DNA of 64,000 bases from Candidatus Latescibacterota bacterium (lineage in GTDB: Bacteria > Latescibacterota > UBA2968 > GCA-2709665). Shown piece after piece: positions 30,393 through 39,600 of this stretch (within the stretch, counting starts at the first letter, position 1; every line of letters starts with the position of its first letter). The notes under the pieces were generated by a model. The model did not search any database. It was not told the DNA's origin and worked only from the letters and a program-made list of their open reading frames with translations. The stretch spans positions 1,088,001-1,152,000 of the forward strand of contig OZ220733.1 of the NCBI GenBank assembly GCA_965116875.1, written 5' to 3'. The position numbers and the translations under genes were made by a program.

Positions 30393-32228
30393 ATGGCGGC
30401 ATCCGAGGTGCGGGGATCGTGGATCGAATACGACGTGGTCGTCCGAAGAAACGTGATGGTACCCATGCGGGACGGCGTGAAGCTGGCGACGGACCTGTAT
30501 TTCCCGGCGAAGCACGGGGAGATTGCGCCGGGATCGTTTCCCGCGGTAATCGAGCGCACGCCGTACGATAAGGAGTCCAAATTCAGCGAAGGCCGGTATC
30601 TCGCGCGCAGAGGGTACGTGGGCGTGCGTCAGGACGTCCGGGGGCGTTTCGAATCGGAAGGCGTATGGCATCCGTTCGCAAAGGAGGCGCCGGACGGGTA
30701 CGATACGGTGGAATGGGTGGCCGCGCAGCCCTGGTGCGACGGAAACGTGGGGACAATGGGCGGGTCCTATTGTGGAAGCGACCAGAGTGCGCTGGCCACG
30801 ATGAATCCGCCCCATCTGAAGGCGATGGTCGTCGCGGTGGGCACGTCGAACTATCACACCAGTTCGATGCGGCAGAACGGCGCCCTGGAATTGCGGTTCA
30901 TGATCTATGCGTTCCGGATGGCGACGACGAGCAAAGAGGCGCTCGCCGATGCAACGCTGAAGGCCGCGCTGGACGCGGATTTCGCGAGGGTGGGCGAGTG
31001 GCTGACCCGGACGCCCTACAGGAAGGGATCCTCCGCCCTTCGGTTTCTGCCGACGTACGAACAGTGGGTGCTCGATCTTCTGGGAGAAGGGGACTTCAAC
31101 GAATACTGGAAGCAGCGGGGATACGCGATCGACCACTACTACGACGAACACGCGGACGTGCCCACGATATATCTGGGCGGATGGTACGACTCCTACACCC
31201 GGGGAACCACGGCGAACTACGTCGCGTTGTCGAAGCGTATGAAATCCCCCCAGCATCTGTTCATGGGCCCCTGGACCCACGGGGGCTGGGGGAACTCGTT
31301 CGCGGGAGACGTAGATTTCGGTCCGGATTCCGTCCTGGACGATTACGACGGCTACCGTCTGCGCTGGTTCGACAGGTGGCTGAAGGGTATCGACAACGGC
31401 GTCGACCGTGAGAAACCGGTACGGATATTCGTGATGGGCGGCGGCGACGGCCGAAGGAACCGGGAGGGGCGACTGAACTATATGGGCGCCTGGCGGGACG
31501 TGGAGGACTGGCCGCTGCCGGGGACGCGGTTTGTGCCGTACTATCTGCACCCGGACGGCAATCTCGGAGAGGACTTGCCGGAACCCTCCGAGCCGAGCCG
31601 TTACACCTTCGATCCCCGGGACCCGGTTCCCACGGTCGGCGGCAATCTGTCCGCCGGGGATCCGATCCTGGTTGCCGGCGCGTACGATCAGCGAGGGGAT
31701 GCGCGCTTTTACGGGTGCAGGGACAATCTGCCGCTGTCGGCGCGGAGCGACGTCCTCGTCTTCCAGACGCCCGAGTTGGAGGAAGCCCTGGAAGTGACGG
31801 GGCCCCTGACGATGAAATTGTGGGCTTCTTCCTCTGCGACGGATACGGACTTTACCGTGAAACTGATCGACGTACATCCCCCGAACGAGGATGTTCCCGA
31901 CGGCTTCGCCCAGAATATCACGGACAGCATCGTCAGGGGGCGTTATCGGAACTCGCGGGATGCACCGGAATTGATGTCGCCGGGGGAGATCCATGAACTG
32001 GAAATCGTAATGTATCCCACCTCCACCGTTTTCGACGCGGGCCACCGGATCCGGGTGGACGTCTCCAGCAGCAATTTTCCCAGGTTCGACGTCAATCCGA
32101 ATACGGGGGGCGCGCTGGGACGGGACCGCCGTGTCGTACTCGCGGAAAACGCGTTATTTCACGATCCGGAACATCCTTCGCACATCGTCCTTCCCATCAT
32201 TCCAGGATATCTACAGGCAGATGGATGA
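30393..32228 (+). CDS. CocE/NonD family hydrolase
   Basis: MRDGVKLATD, RTPY, QDVRGRFESEG, GGSYCG nucleophile elbow, GWYD, GPWTHG, SSSNFPRFD. Confidence 0.93.
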   Translation: MAASEVRGSWIEYDVVVRRNVMVPMRDGVKLATDLYFPAKHGEIAPGSFPAVIERTPYDKESKFSEGRYLARRGYVGVRQDVRGRFESEGVWHPFAKEAPDGYDTVEWVAAQPWCDGNVGTMGGSYCGSDQSALATMNPPHLKAMVVAVGTSNYHTSSMRQNGALELRFMIYAFRMATTSKEALADATLKAALDADFARVGEWLTRTPYRKGSSALRFLPTYEQWVLDLLGEGDFNEYWKQRGYAIDHYYDEHADVPTIYLGGWYDSYTRGTTANYVALSKRMKSPQHLFMGPWTHGGWGNSFAGDVDFGPDSVLDDYDGYRLRWFDRWLKGIDNGVDREKPVRIFVMGGGDGRRNREGRLNYMGAWRDVEDWPLPGTRFVPYYLHPDGNLGEDLPEPSEPSRYTFDPRDPVPTVGGNLSAGDPILVAGAYDQRGDARFYGCRDNLPLSARSDVLVFQTPELEEALEVTGPLTMKLWASSSATDTDFTVKLIDVHPPNEDVPDGFAQNITDSIVRGRYRNSRDAPELMSPGEIHELEIVMYPTSTVFDAGHRIRVDVSSSNFPRFDVNPNTGGALGRDRRVVLAENALFHDPEHPSHIVLPIIPGYLQADG

Positions 32229-33162
32229 CGAATTCGAGATCAGGTACTGGGATCGAAGAACGGGACGGACGATAACCGAGCCGCTGTCCTATACGTTTTT
32301 TCAAAGGGCCTTCCAATCTCCGTTCATCCTCGGGCTCTTCCACCTGCTGCTGAACCATTCGATCTTCTGCCGGCTGTACGGCTGGATGCAGGCGCGGCCC
32401 GGAAGTCGCCGCAAGATTTCCCGTTTCGTGCGGGAGTACGGCATCGACGTGGAAGAGATCGAATATCCCCTGGATCGCTATCCGAACTTCAACGCGTTCT
32501 TCACCCGCCGGTTGAAACCCGACGCGAGGCCGTTCGCCCCGGAACCCGACGCGTTAAGCTGTCCCGCGGACGGAAAGGTGTTGGTCTTTCAGCATCTCCT
32601 GGAGGGCGCCCGGATTCCTGTCAAGGGGGCGCCCGTTCCATTGGAGCGCCTGCTGGATTCCGAGACGGAGGCCCGCCCCTATCGGCACGGTTCGGCACTG
32701 GTGGTGCGGCTCGCGCCGTACGACTACCACCGTTTCCACTTCCCGGATTCGGGAACGGCCGGGCCCGCGCGCGTCGTCCCCGGGCGGTATTATATCGTCA
32801 ACCCGCTGGGCCTTGCGAGGGTGCCGGGCGTGTTCTGGCGGAACGGACGCGCGGTAACCGGATTCGATTCGGACCGGTTCGGAAGGATTGCCTATCTGGA
32901 AATTGGCGGCTTTGCGGTTGGGAGCATCGTTGAGACGTACACGCCGGGGCCGGTGGAACGGGGTCAGGAGAAGGGCTATTTTCAGTTCGGCGGGTCCACG
33001 CTTGTGCTGCTGTTCGAACCGGGAGCGGTCGTTTTCGACGATGACCTGAAGGAGTACTCCGGGCGGGGAGTCGAAGTACACGTGAGGGCGGGAAGCCGGA
33101 TCGGCAGCCGAATTCAGGATCGGGAAAACGGAACCCGTAAAGCTGCCGGGGCGTCCGTTTGA
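32221..33162 (+). CDS. psd: Phosphatidylserine decarboxylase proenzyme
   Basis: FNAFFTRRLKP, PADGK, RLAPYDYHRFHFP, GYFQFGGST self-cleavage site. Confidence 0.9.
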   Translation: MDDEFEIRYWDRRTGRTITEPLSYTFFQRAFQSPFILGLFHLLLNHSIFCRLYGWMQARPGSRRKISRFVREYGIDVEEIEYPLDRYPNFNAFFTRRLKPDARPFAPEPDALSCPADGKVLVFQHLLEGARIPVKGAPVPLERLLDSETEARPYRHGSALVVRLAPYDYHRFHFPDSGTAGPARVVPGRYYIVNPLGLARVPGVFWRNGRAVTGFDSDRFGRIAYLEIGGFAVGSIVETYTPGPVERGQEKGYFQFGGSTLVLLFEPGAVVFDDDLKEYSGRGVEVHVRAGSRIGSRIQDRENGTRKAAGASV

Positions 33163-33201
33163 AGCGTTTTGTAAGCGTCGGACAGACTCTCAGCGAACTC
33201 G

Positions 33202-33236
33202 GGGCCGATGTGCTATTGCACATCGGCCCTATTTTT
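33202..33236 (+). terminator. Hairpin/terminator between convergent genes
   Basis: Perfect GGGCCGATGTGC-TATT-GCACATCGGCCC followed by TATTTTT. Confidence 0.7.
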
Positions 33237-35283
33237 CTTCAGGTCCAACGCGGACGAATTCAGTCGGACTCGCAAGGTTCTGACGGGTCGCATCGATCCA
33301 CCGATCCGACCGGGCGGCAGTTGAGATACGGACTTCCCCGATTTCGCCCTGAAAAGGCGCTCCCCCGGCCGCAAGGCGACCGATGGCCACCGGTGCATTA
33401 CCTGACTGAACGGGACCGCTTGCTTCGGCAGAACCCACCGCCGCACCATCGATGTAGAGGGTTACCCGTTCGCCGTCGTAGACGCCCGCAAGGTGATGCC
33501 GGCCGGGTGGGAGCGTCCTGTTTGCGCGCACGCTGCGGGTGCCGTTTTCCGTGTCGATGGTGAAGGTCGGTCCCGGCAGCGACGCGCAGAGGCCGCCGTT
33601 GTGACCGCATTCCGCGTATTTGAGGATGAAGGAAGCGTCGTCCGCGGTGTCGTAGCGCAGCACCTTTCCGTGTGGGGTGTATTCACGTTCGTCGCTTTCG
33701 TCGGGGTCTTCGCGCCACGGGGAGAAGTACACGTAGCGTCCGTCGAACGCGCCGCCGTTGAATCCGCCGGGGTTCGGTGGAAAGGTAAAGACGCCCCCGT
33801 CGGCGGCATCCCACGCGACCTTGTCGTTAAAGTTCATGCAGGTATCGTAACGCAACACGCGACAGTGGAACCCGCGTTGGTCTTCATCGCCCTCGTAGAA
33901 AGGAATATAGTAGACGTACCGGCCGTCGTAGGCCGCGCCGTCGTAGCCCTTTGTATGCAGGCCGGACGTTCCGGCCGCATCCCAGGCTTCCCAGCTCTCC
34001 GGGTCCCTGAAGTCGCCCCGGGTATCGTATCTGACGGCGTTGCTGTGGGCGTATGGAACGTAATAGACGTAACGGCCGTCGAAAACGGCGCCCACGCACA
34101 TCCCCATCCCATGAACGCTGGCATCCAGGGCTTCCCAGGCGGCCGGATCGTCGAACCCGGCGTGGGTATCGTGGCGGAGGACGATTCCGCGGTCATTGAG
34201 CGGCGAGTAATACACGTAACGTCCGTCGAAGGTGGCGCCGTCGTAGTTCTTCGACTCCAGTCCGTCCGTGTTTCCGGCATCGAATATCACGTAGCTGTCC
34301 GGATCCTTGAAGCCGCCCCGGGTATCGTGGCGCACGGCCTTCCCCGATTCGCCCGAATCACCGTAATATCCCGGTGAGAGGTAGATATACCGACCGTCGT
34401 ACGCGGCGCTCTGGCAGGCCATGGTTCTTCCGATGTCGTACGCCTCCCAGCTGCCGGGATCCCTGAATTCCCGGCGCCGGTCATATCGCAGGATGCGGCT
34501 GTGCAGGGTCTCGCCGTCGGTGCGCGGGACGAAATAGATATGGTCTCCGGCGTGAACGACGCCGTAATACCCTTTCGTATTGAGGCCGTCCGTACATCCG
34601 GCGTCGTACCCCTGCCAGCTTTCCGGATCGTTGAACCCGCCACGGGAATCGTATCGCAGGACCTGGCCGTGGCGCTCCTGTGAAGCATTGCATTGCGGCG
34701 CGAAGTAGACATACCGCCCGTCCGAGACGGCGCCGAAATAACCCTTCGTGTCCAGGCCGTCCGTTTCTCCGGCATCGTAGGACTCGAATGCATCCATCGT
34801 GGAACGCAGCGACCACCTGGACACCAGCGCCTGGAAGGCGTCCGTATTTGCCTGATTGCTTTCAACCCAGGCTTCCACGGTCAGGGCTTCAATGCGGTCG
34901 AGCGGTTCGGAACGGATCGCGTCACCGTTACATTGGACCAGCGCAAAGTGCGAATCCCAGACCGGATCCGGGCACGAAACCGCTCCCTCTCCATAGCACA
35001 GATAGAGTGTCGTGTCGGCGCAGAGAGAAGGAACTCTGACCCGTGCCCTGAGGGCGCCGTCTTCGGCGTTGTAGGACTCGATTCTGTACGCCAGCGCGTC
35101 GCCTTCGCCGGATGCGAAGTGGATGTCGCTCCCGTCTTCCCTGAGAACGTGGCCGCCCTTCTCGATTGTTTTCAGCGCGTTGTCCCGGACGACCACGAGA
35201 AGCGGAAAGTCCCGGAGGCTTCCTACGTCGCGCGCAATGTCGATCGTGAGTCTACGACGGAACCGTTTCCCGTTTTCTTCCAT
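33229..35283 (-). CDS. DUF2341 + LamG-like protein with seven inserted DGRYVY repeats
   Basis: DFPLLV..DGSDIHF..LAYRIE (DUF2341); LTVEAWV and HLAGVYDG..LYIDG..GEVRIS (LamG); seven FDGRYVYxxP repeats. Confidence 0.8.
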   Translation of the reverse strand: MEENGKRFRRRLTIDIARDVGSLRDFPLLVVVRDNALKTIEKGGHVLREDGSDIHFASGEGDALAYRIESYNAEDGALRARVRVPSLCADTTLYLCYGEGAVSCPDPVWDSHFALVQCNGDAIRSEPLDRIEALTVEAWVESNQANTDAFQALVSRWSLRSTMDAFESYDAGETDGLDTKGYFGAVSDGRYVYFAPQCNASQERHGQVLRYDSRGGFNDPESWQGYDAGCTDGLNTKGYYGVVHAGDHIYFVPRTDGETLHSRILRYDRRREFRDPGSWEAYDIGRTMACQSAAYDGRYIYLSPGYYGDSGESGKAVRHDTRGGFKDPDSYVIFDAGNTDGLESKNYDGATFDGRYVYYSPLNDRGIVLRHDTHAGFDDPAAWEALDASVHGMGMCVGAVFDGRYVYYVPYAHSNAVRYDTRGDFRDPESWEAWDAAGTSGLHTKGYDGAAYDGRYVYYIPFYEGDEDQRGFHCRVLRYDTCMNFNDKVAWDAADGGVFTFPPNPGGFNGGAFDGRYVYFSPWREDPDESDEREYTPHGKVLRYDTADDASFILKYAECGHNGGLCASLPGPTFTIDTENGTRSVRANRTLPPGRHHLAGVYDGERVTLYIDGAAVGSAEASGPVQSGNAPVAIGRLAAGGAPFQGEIGEVRISTAARSDRWIDATRQNLASPTEFVRVGPEEK

Positions 35284-35309
35284 TTTATCCTCTCCCGGTC
35301 AACGCTGAA

Positions 35310-35401
35310 TCCGGGACGTGGCTTGGCTGTAAGCAAGTTAGAATCCCGAAAAAGCACAAAACGACGTCACCGCGTTTACAGGTTGGATTTGGCTGCGTCA
35401 T
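35310..35401 (-). pseudogene. mazF: Frameshifted, truncated MazF/PemK toxin remnant
   Basis: ATG 35401 reads MTQPNPTCKRGDVVL, then after a 1-nt shift LFRDSNLLTAKPRP; overlaps the upstream antitoxin-like gene. Confidence 0.7.
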
Positions 35402-35627
35402 AGTTGTCATAAACACTCATTTCCGGGTTTTCCCAGTCTTCGGCAAAGGTCGTCAGGCGTTCACGCAAATCTGCTGCCTGTGGCTTGTCAATACCGCGTT
35501 TTTGCAAATCGATGGAATTAGCTGGCAGAAATGTGACAATGACGGGCGTATCTTCAAGAATATCGCAGGGTAATTCCAGCAGTTCAATTTTACCGCCGCG
35601 AAACATTCCTTCAATCGTTGTGAGCAT
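35376..35627 (-). CDS. Small putative antitoxin (DUF104/AF2212-like N-terminus)
   Basis: MLTTIEGMFRGGKIEL...FAEDWENPEMSVYD; SD AAGGAG; lies upstream of the mazF remnant; AT-richer than its surroundings. Confidence 0.7.
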   Translation of the reverse strand: MLTTIEGMFRGGKIELLELPCDILEDTPVIVTFLPANSIDLQKRGIDKPQAADLRERLTTFAEDWENPEMSVYDNYDAAKSNL

Positions 35628-35933
35628 GGCGATCACTCCTTCTCAATCAATGGTCTGTCAATTGTTCATTCTCAATTCACAATGGACTTGTCTGTACTGC
35701 GACTGTTTCTATACCGTACCGTGATTCCTCGCACCCGTGGATGCACCGGTCGACAGGCTTTTTTGACCGTTCAACACTCAATCGGACGATCACCGCGTAC
35801 CGTTTTCCTTCCCGTTTCGAACCTCGCCAATTGAAAATGTCGAACGGATTTTGTTCCAAATTTTGACAATGATAGTCACAACAATCTCCTTTGAAAAGAC
35901 CAATCTGTGCGAGGGGATTATGCAGTGTCTGCC

Positions 35934-36081
35934 GGAGCGAGGGCATCCTGCCCTTGAACTTCGCGTCACCTACCCCTATTCCCGTCGAGAGACTGCCGGG
36001 GCTATTGAATCCGACACCGGTTCGCGGAAAACACCGTGTGCGACGAGTTATCCAATGTCGAGGGCAGGATGCCCTCGCTCC
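35934..36081. repeat. REP doublet (REPIN-like)
   Basis: GGAGCGAGGGCATCCTGCCCT (35934-35954) and its exact reverse complement (36061-36081); each has an internal hairpin. Confidence 0.8.
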
Positions 36082-36285
36082 TGCGAACGCCAACCAAACC
36101 TGTCCCAAATCGGTTTCAGCCTTGGACAGCAGTGGTATTGAATCAAACCCGATTCGGGACGGGTGTGGGCTCATCTGACACTTCGAAATCAGCAATAAAC
36201 GTATGACAGGTAAAGGAAACGCCGCGTTCGTAGAGTCGGGACATGGTGGAAGGATTCATCGCCATAATCCGGAACCGCTAGTGGC

Positions 36286-36318
36286 TTTTATCCTGTACAT
36301 CCTGTTCATCCATGTAAG
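36286..36318. repeat. ATCC-N5 periodic motif, copy A (inverted copy at 63332-63364)
   Basis: TTTTATCCTGTACATCCTGTTCATCCATGTAAG; 6 mismatches in 33 bp to the reverse complement of the second copy. Confidence 0.6.
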
Positions 36319-36346
36319 TTTCTCCAAATGAGTTCAATAAGCCCTT

Positions 36347-36475
36347 CTACGGCTCAATCGTTACCTTGATCGAACGGTCACCCGTCGCGACGAGATCGAT
36401 CCCGTCCTGGAATTGTTCGAGGGGCAGCCGATGGGTCACGATACGATCCATCGGCAGGGGACCCTTCTGAATCAT
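36347..36475 (-). pseudogene. C-terminal remnant of a Zn-dependent (MDR) alcohol/polyol dehydrogenase
   Basis: Manual translation MIQKGPLPMDRIVTHRLPLEQFQDGIDLVATGDRSIKVTIEP* matches the MDR C-terminal ITHxxPLE...KV pattern. Confidence 0.7.
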
Positions 36476-36642
36476 ACAATCGCGCGTTTGCCGGAGACAT
36501 CAAGATAGGTCGAAACAAAACGGATGGCAACCGAATCGAATGGATTGGTCGCCGGGGTTTCTTCTTGTGTCCGCGTTCACTGTCTTTATACATTGCGTGT
36601 GTCTATAATCGTGATTCCAATTTCAATCGAGAGGAGTGGTTG

Positions 36643-39600
36643 ATGGACCGTCGTGATGCGATGTGGCTGCTGGTTTTCGTGGTACTGGGCGTGGTCGGGC
36701 TGGCGGTATTCCTGAATTTCTATACCGAGGCGATTCCGTCCGCGTCGCTGGATTTCAAGCTGAGCCGCGACGAAGTACACCGAAAGGCGCAGGGCTATCT
36801 GGAGAACCAGGGATACGATCTTGCTGACTACGAGAACGCCCAGATATTTTCGAGCAGCCAGATGCAGCAGGTCTTCCTGGAACAAACGCTCGGCCTGGAG
36901 GAGACCAGCCGGCTGGCGCGGGAATGGCTGTCGGTCTGGTCCTGGAGCGTGCGGTGGTTCAAGCCGCTGCAGAAGGAGGAACTTCGGGTGGGGCTTGATC
37001 CGGGCGGACGGGTTGTCGGATTTTCACACCGCATCCTCGAATCGGACGAAGGCGCAAGCATCGCGCAGGACGACGCCCTTGTCATCGCATCCGGTTTCCT
37101 GCGGGAAACGCAGGGGTACGACCTGGACGCCTACGAGTTGATCGACCGGTCCAGCACGGAACGCAAGGCCCGGGTCGATCACCGGTTCGCCTATCGGAAG
37201 AAGGACTTCACGGTTGGAGACGACGGGCACTACCGGCTGGACGTCGTGGTCCACGGGGACCGCGTCGGGAAGTTCAGCGAGTACCTGAAGGTGCCGGACA
37301 GTTTCTCCCGGAGTTACCGCGAGGTGCGCTCACGGGCGAACCTGTTGACGCAGGTCTTCCTGCCGTTCTGGCTCGCGCTGGGCGTTGCCATGCTTGTGAT
37401 TCTGGTTAAGAACTACCGTCGAAAGCGGTTGCACTGGCAGGCCGGACTGATCGTCGGGACGCTCGTGGCCGTCGCCTGGCTTGCGGCGAATGTCAACGCC
37501 CTGCCTCTTGCGTTGTATAGTTTCGACACAACGATTTCCTACGGCGCTTTTCTGGTGACGCTTCTGTTCAGCGCCATTCTGGTCGCGGCGGTGAACGGCG
37601 GCATCGTCTGCCTGGCCGGGACGGCTGGCGGGGTTCTCGAGAGGGACGTGTTGTCCGAAAAACGCGTGAGTCCGCTCGGGCGCCTGTCGCTTCGAGGGGT
37701 TTTTTCGGCCGGGTTCCTGCGGTCAACGATTGTGGGCTACGGCGCCGCCGGGGCCGTTCTTGGTTACGTCGCGGTGTTCTATCTCCTGGGCGGGCGGTAT
37801 TTCGACGTCTGGGTACCCGCTGACGTCAGCGAGTACGACAACGCGTTCAGTACCGCCATTCCCTGGATTTACCCGCTGCTGGTAGGACTGTCAGCCGCGG
37901 CGGTCGAGGAATTTTTCTTCCGTCTGCTGGCGATTCCCCTGTTGATCAGGTGGCTGAAACGGCCGTGGCTGGCGGTGTTGCTCCCGGCAATCGTGTGGGC
38001 GTTCCTGCATTCAAACTATCCCCATGAGCCCATATACATCCGTGGCATTGAGATCACGGTCATCGGGATCGTCTTTGGCATCCTGTTCCTGCGTTTCGGG
38101 ATCTGGGCACCCATCATCGCCCATTATGCGATTAACGCGTTCATCGTGGCATTGCCCATGGTGAAGTCATCCAGCCTCTACTTCCAGGTGTCCGGCGTAC
38201 TCGTGATCGGAATCCTGCTGGTGCCGGCCATCCCCGCGGCGTTCGCGGTACTGACGGGAAGGGCCCGACCAGGGGAAGTCGAAGACGTCGTCGAGGAAGA
38301 GGCGCCTGACGAACCTGCCGAAATAGAGGAACCTGCGCCCGAGCCCGTACGTCCGGACGTCATACAAAAAGACACGGATGCCTATCTGCCGGACAAGAAG
38401 AGATGGATTGTCGCCGGCCTCTGCGCCGTCGCGGGAATCGCGCTGATGATCGGGTTCCGCGTGGACCGGTTCGGCGCCCGTTCATTGAAGCTGGAGGTGA
38501 CCCGGAGTCAGGCGGCGGGTATCGCGGAGGCCTTCTGTACCGAACTTGGACTGGACGCGTCGGATTACCGCCAATCCGTCCAGTTTCGAAGCGGGGTCGG
38601 CTCCTCCCATCACACGCATCTGATCCGAAACGCGGGGGTCGCGCACGCGGATTCCCTGATGGTGGAGAACACATCGCCGTGGTACTGGCACGTGCGATGG
38701 TTCAAACCGATGGAGAAGGAGGAAATCCAGGTCCGCGTGGACGCGTCCGGGCGCGTCGCGGGATTCAACCACATCATACCCGAAACGCGCGCAGGGCCGG
38801 AGCTGGAAACGGACGACGCTCGCGCGAAGGCGGAGGCGTTCGTCGAGCGGAATTTCTCCCGGTCCGTTACGGATTCGGCGCAATACAAGCTGCTGGAAGC
38901 CCGATCGGAAAAAGAAAAGGACCGGATGGACCACCATTTCGTGTGGGAGCGGATCGACCGGAAGATCGAAGACGGCGAGTTCCGGCTGAAGGTTCGCGTG
39001 CAGGGCGACGAAGTGGGTCTCTACAATGCGCACTACAAAGCGCCGGAGGAATTCCTTCGATCGCTCAAACAACGGGGCGCCAGACACGCATTGGCTTCGA
39101 TCGTTCCGGTTCTCCTGTTGCTGGCGACGTTCATATTGGCGGGGATCTATTTCTTCCGTTGCTATCGCGCAAGGGAGATTCGATGGAAGCTGCCGATTGG
39201 CATCGGCATTGCGGTTGTCCTGTTGACCATGTTGAACTGGATCAATTCCCTGCCCGCCTTCTTCCACGGTTACGACACAAGCCAGGCGATGATGACCTAT
39301 CTGGGTATCCAGGGCGTCGGCCTGCTTATCGGGACGCCGATGATGGGACTCGCGATAGCGGCGATGTTTGCGCTGATGATGGCGATGAAACGGTCGCTCT
39401 ATCCGGAGGAGATGGGCGCCGGCGGATGGCTTGGACTCCTGCGGATGCGGGAAGGCGGCCTGCGCTTCTGGGCGGGTACGCTGGTTCTGGCGGCGGCGTT
39501 TCTGCTTCTTCGGACCGGCGCGGACAGTATCGCAATGTGCGTGAAATATAACGGCTTGACGGAGTATCTGGAGGCGGGCGGGTTCAGCCTGCCCCGAGTC

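Noticed and set aside
23899-32045. Long minus-strand ORFs (23899-26325, 27132-28145, 30270-32045)
   Set aside because: Antisense to well-supported enzymes; no recognisable motifs
35677-36195. ORFs of 95-172 aa on both strands
   Set aside because: They run through the REP doublet, lack motifs and overlap each other; probably non-coding
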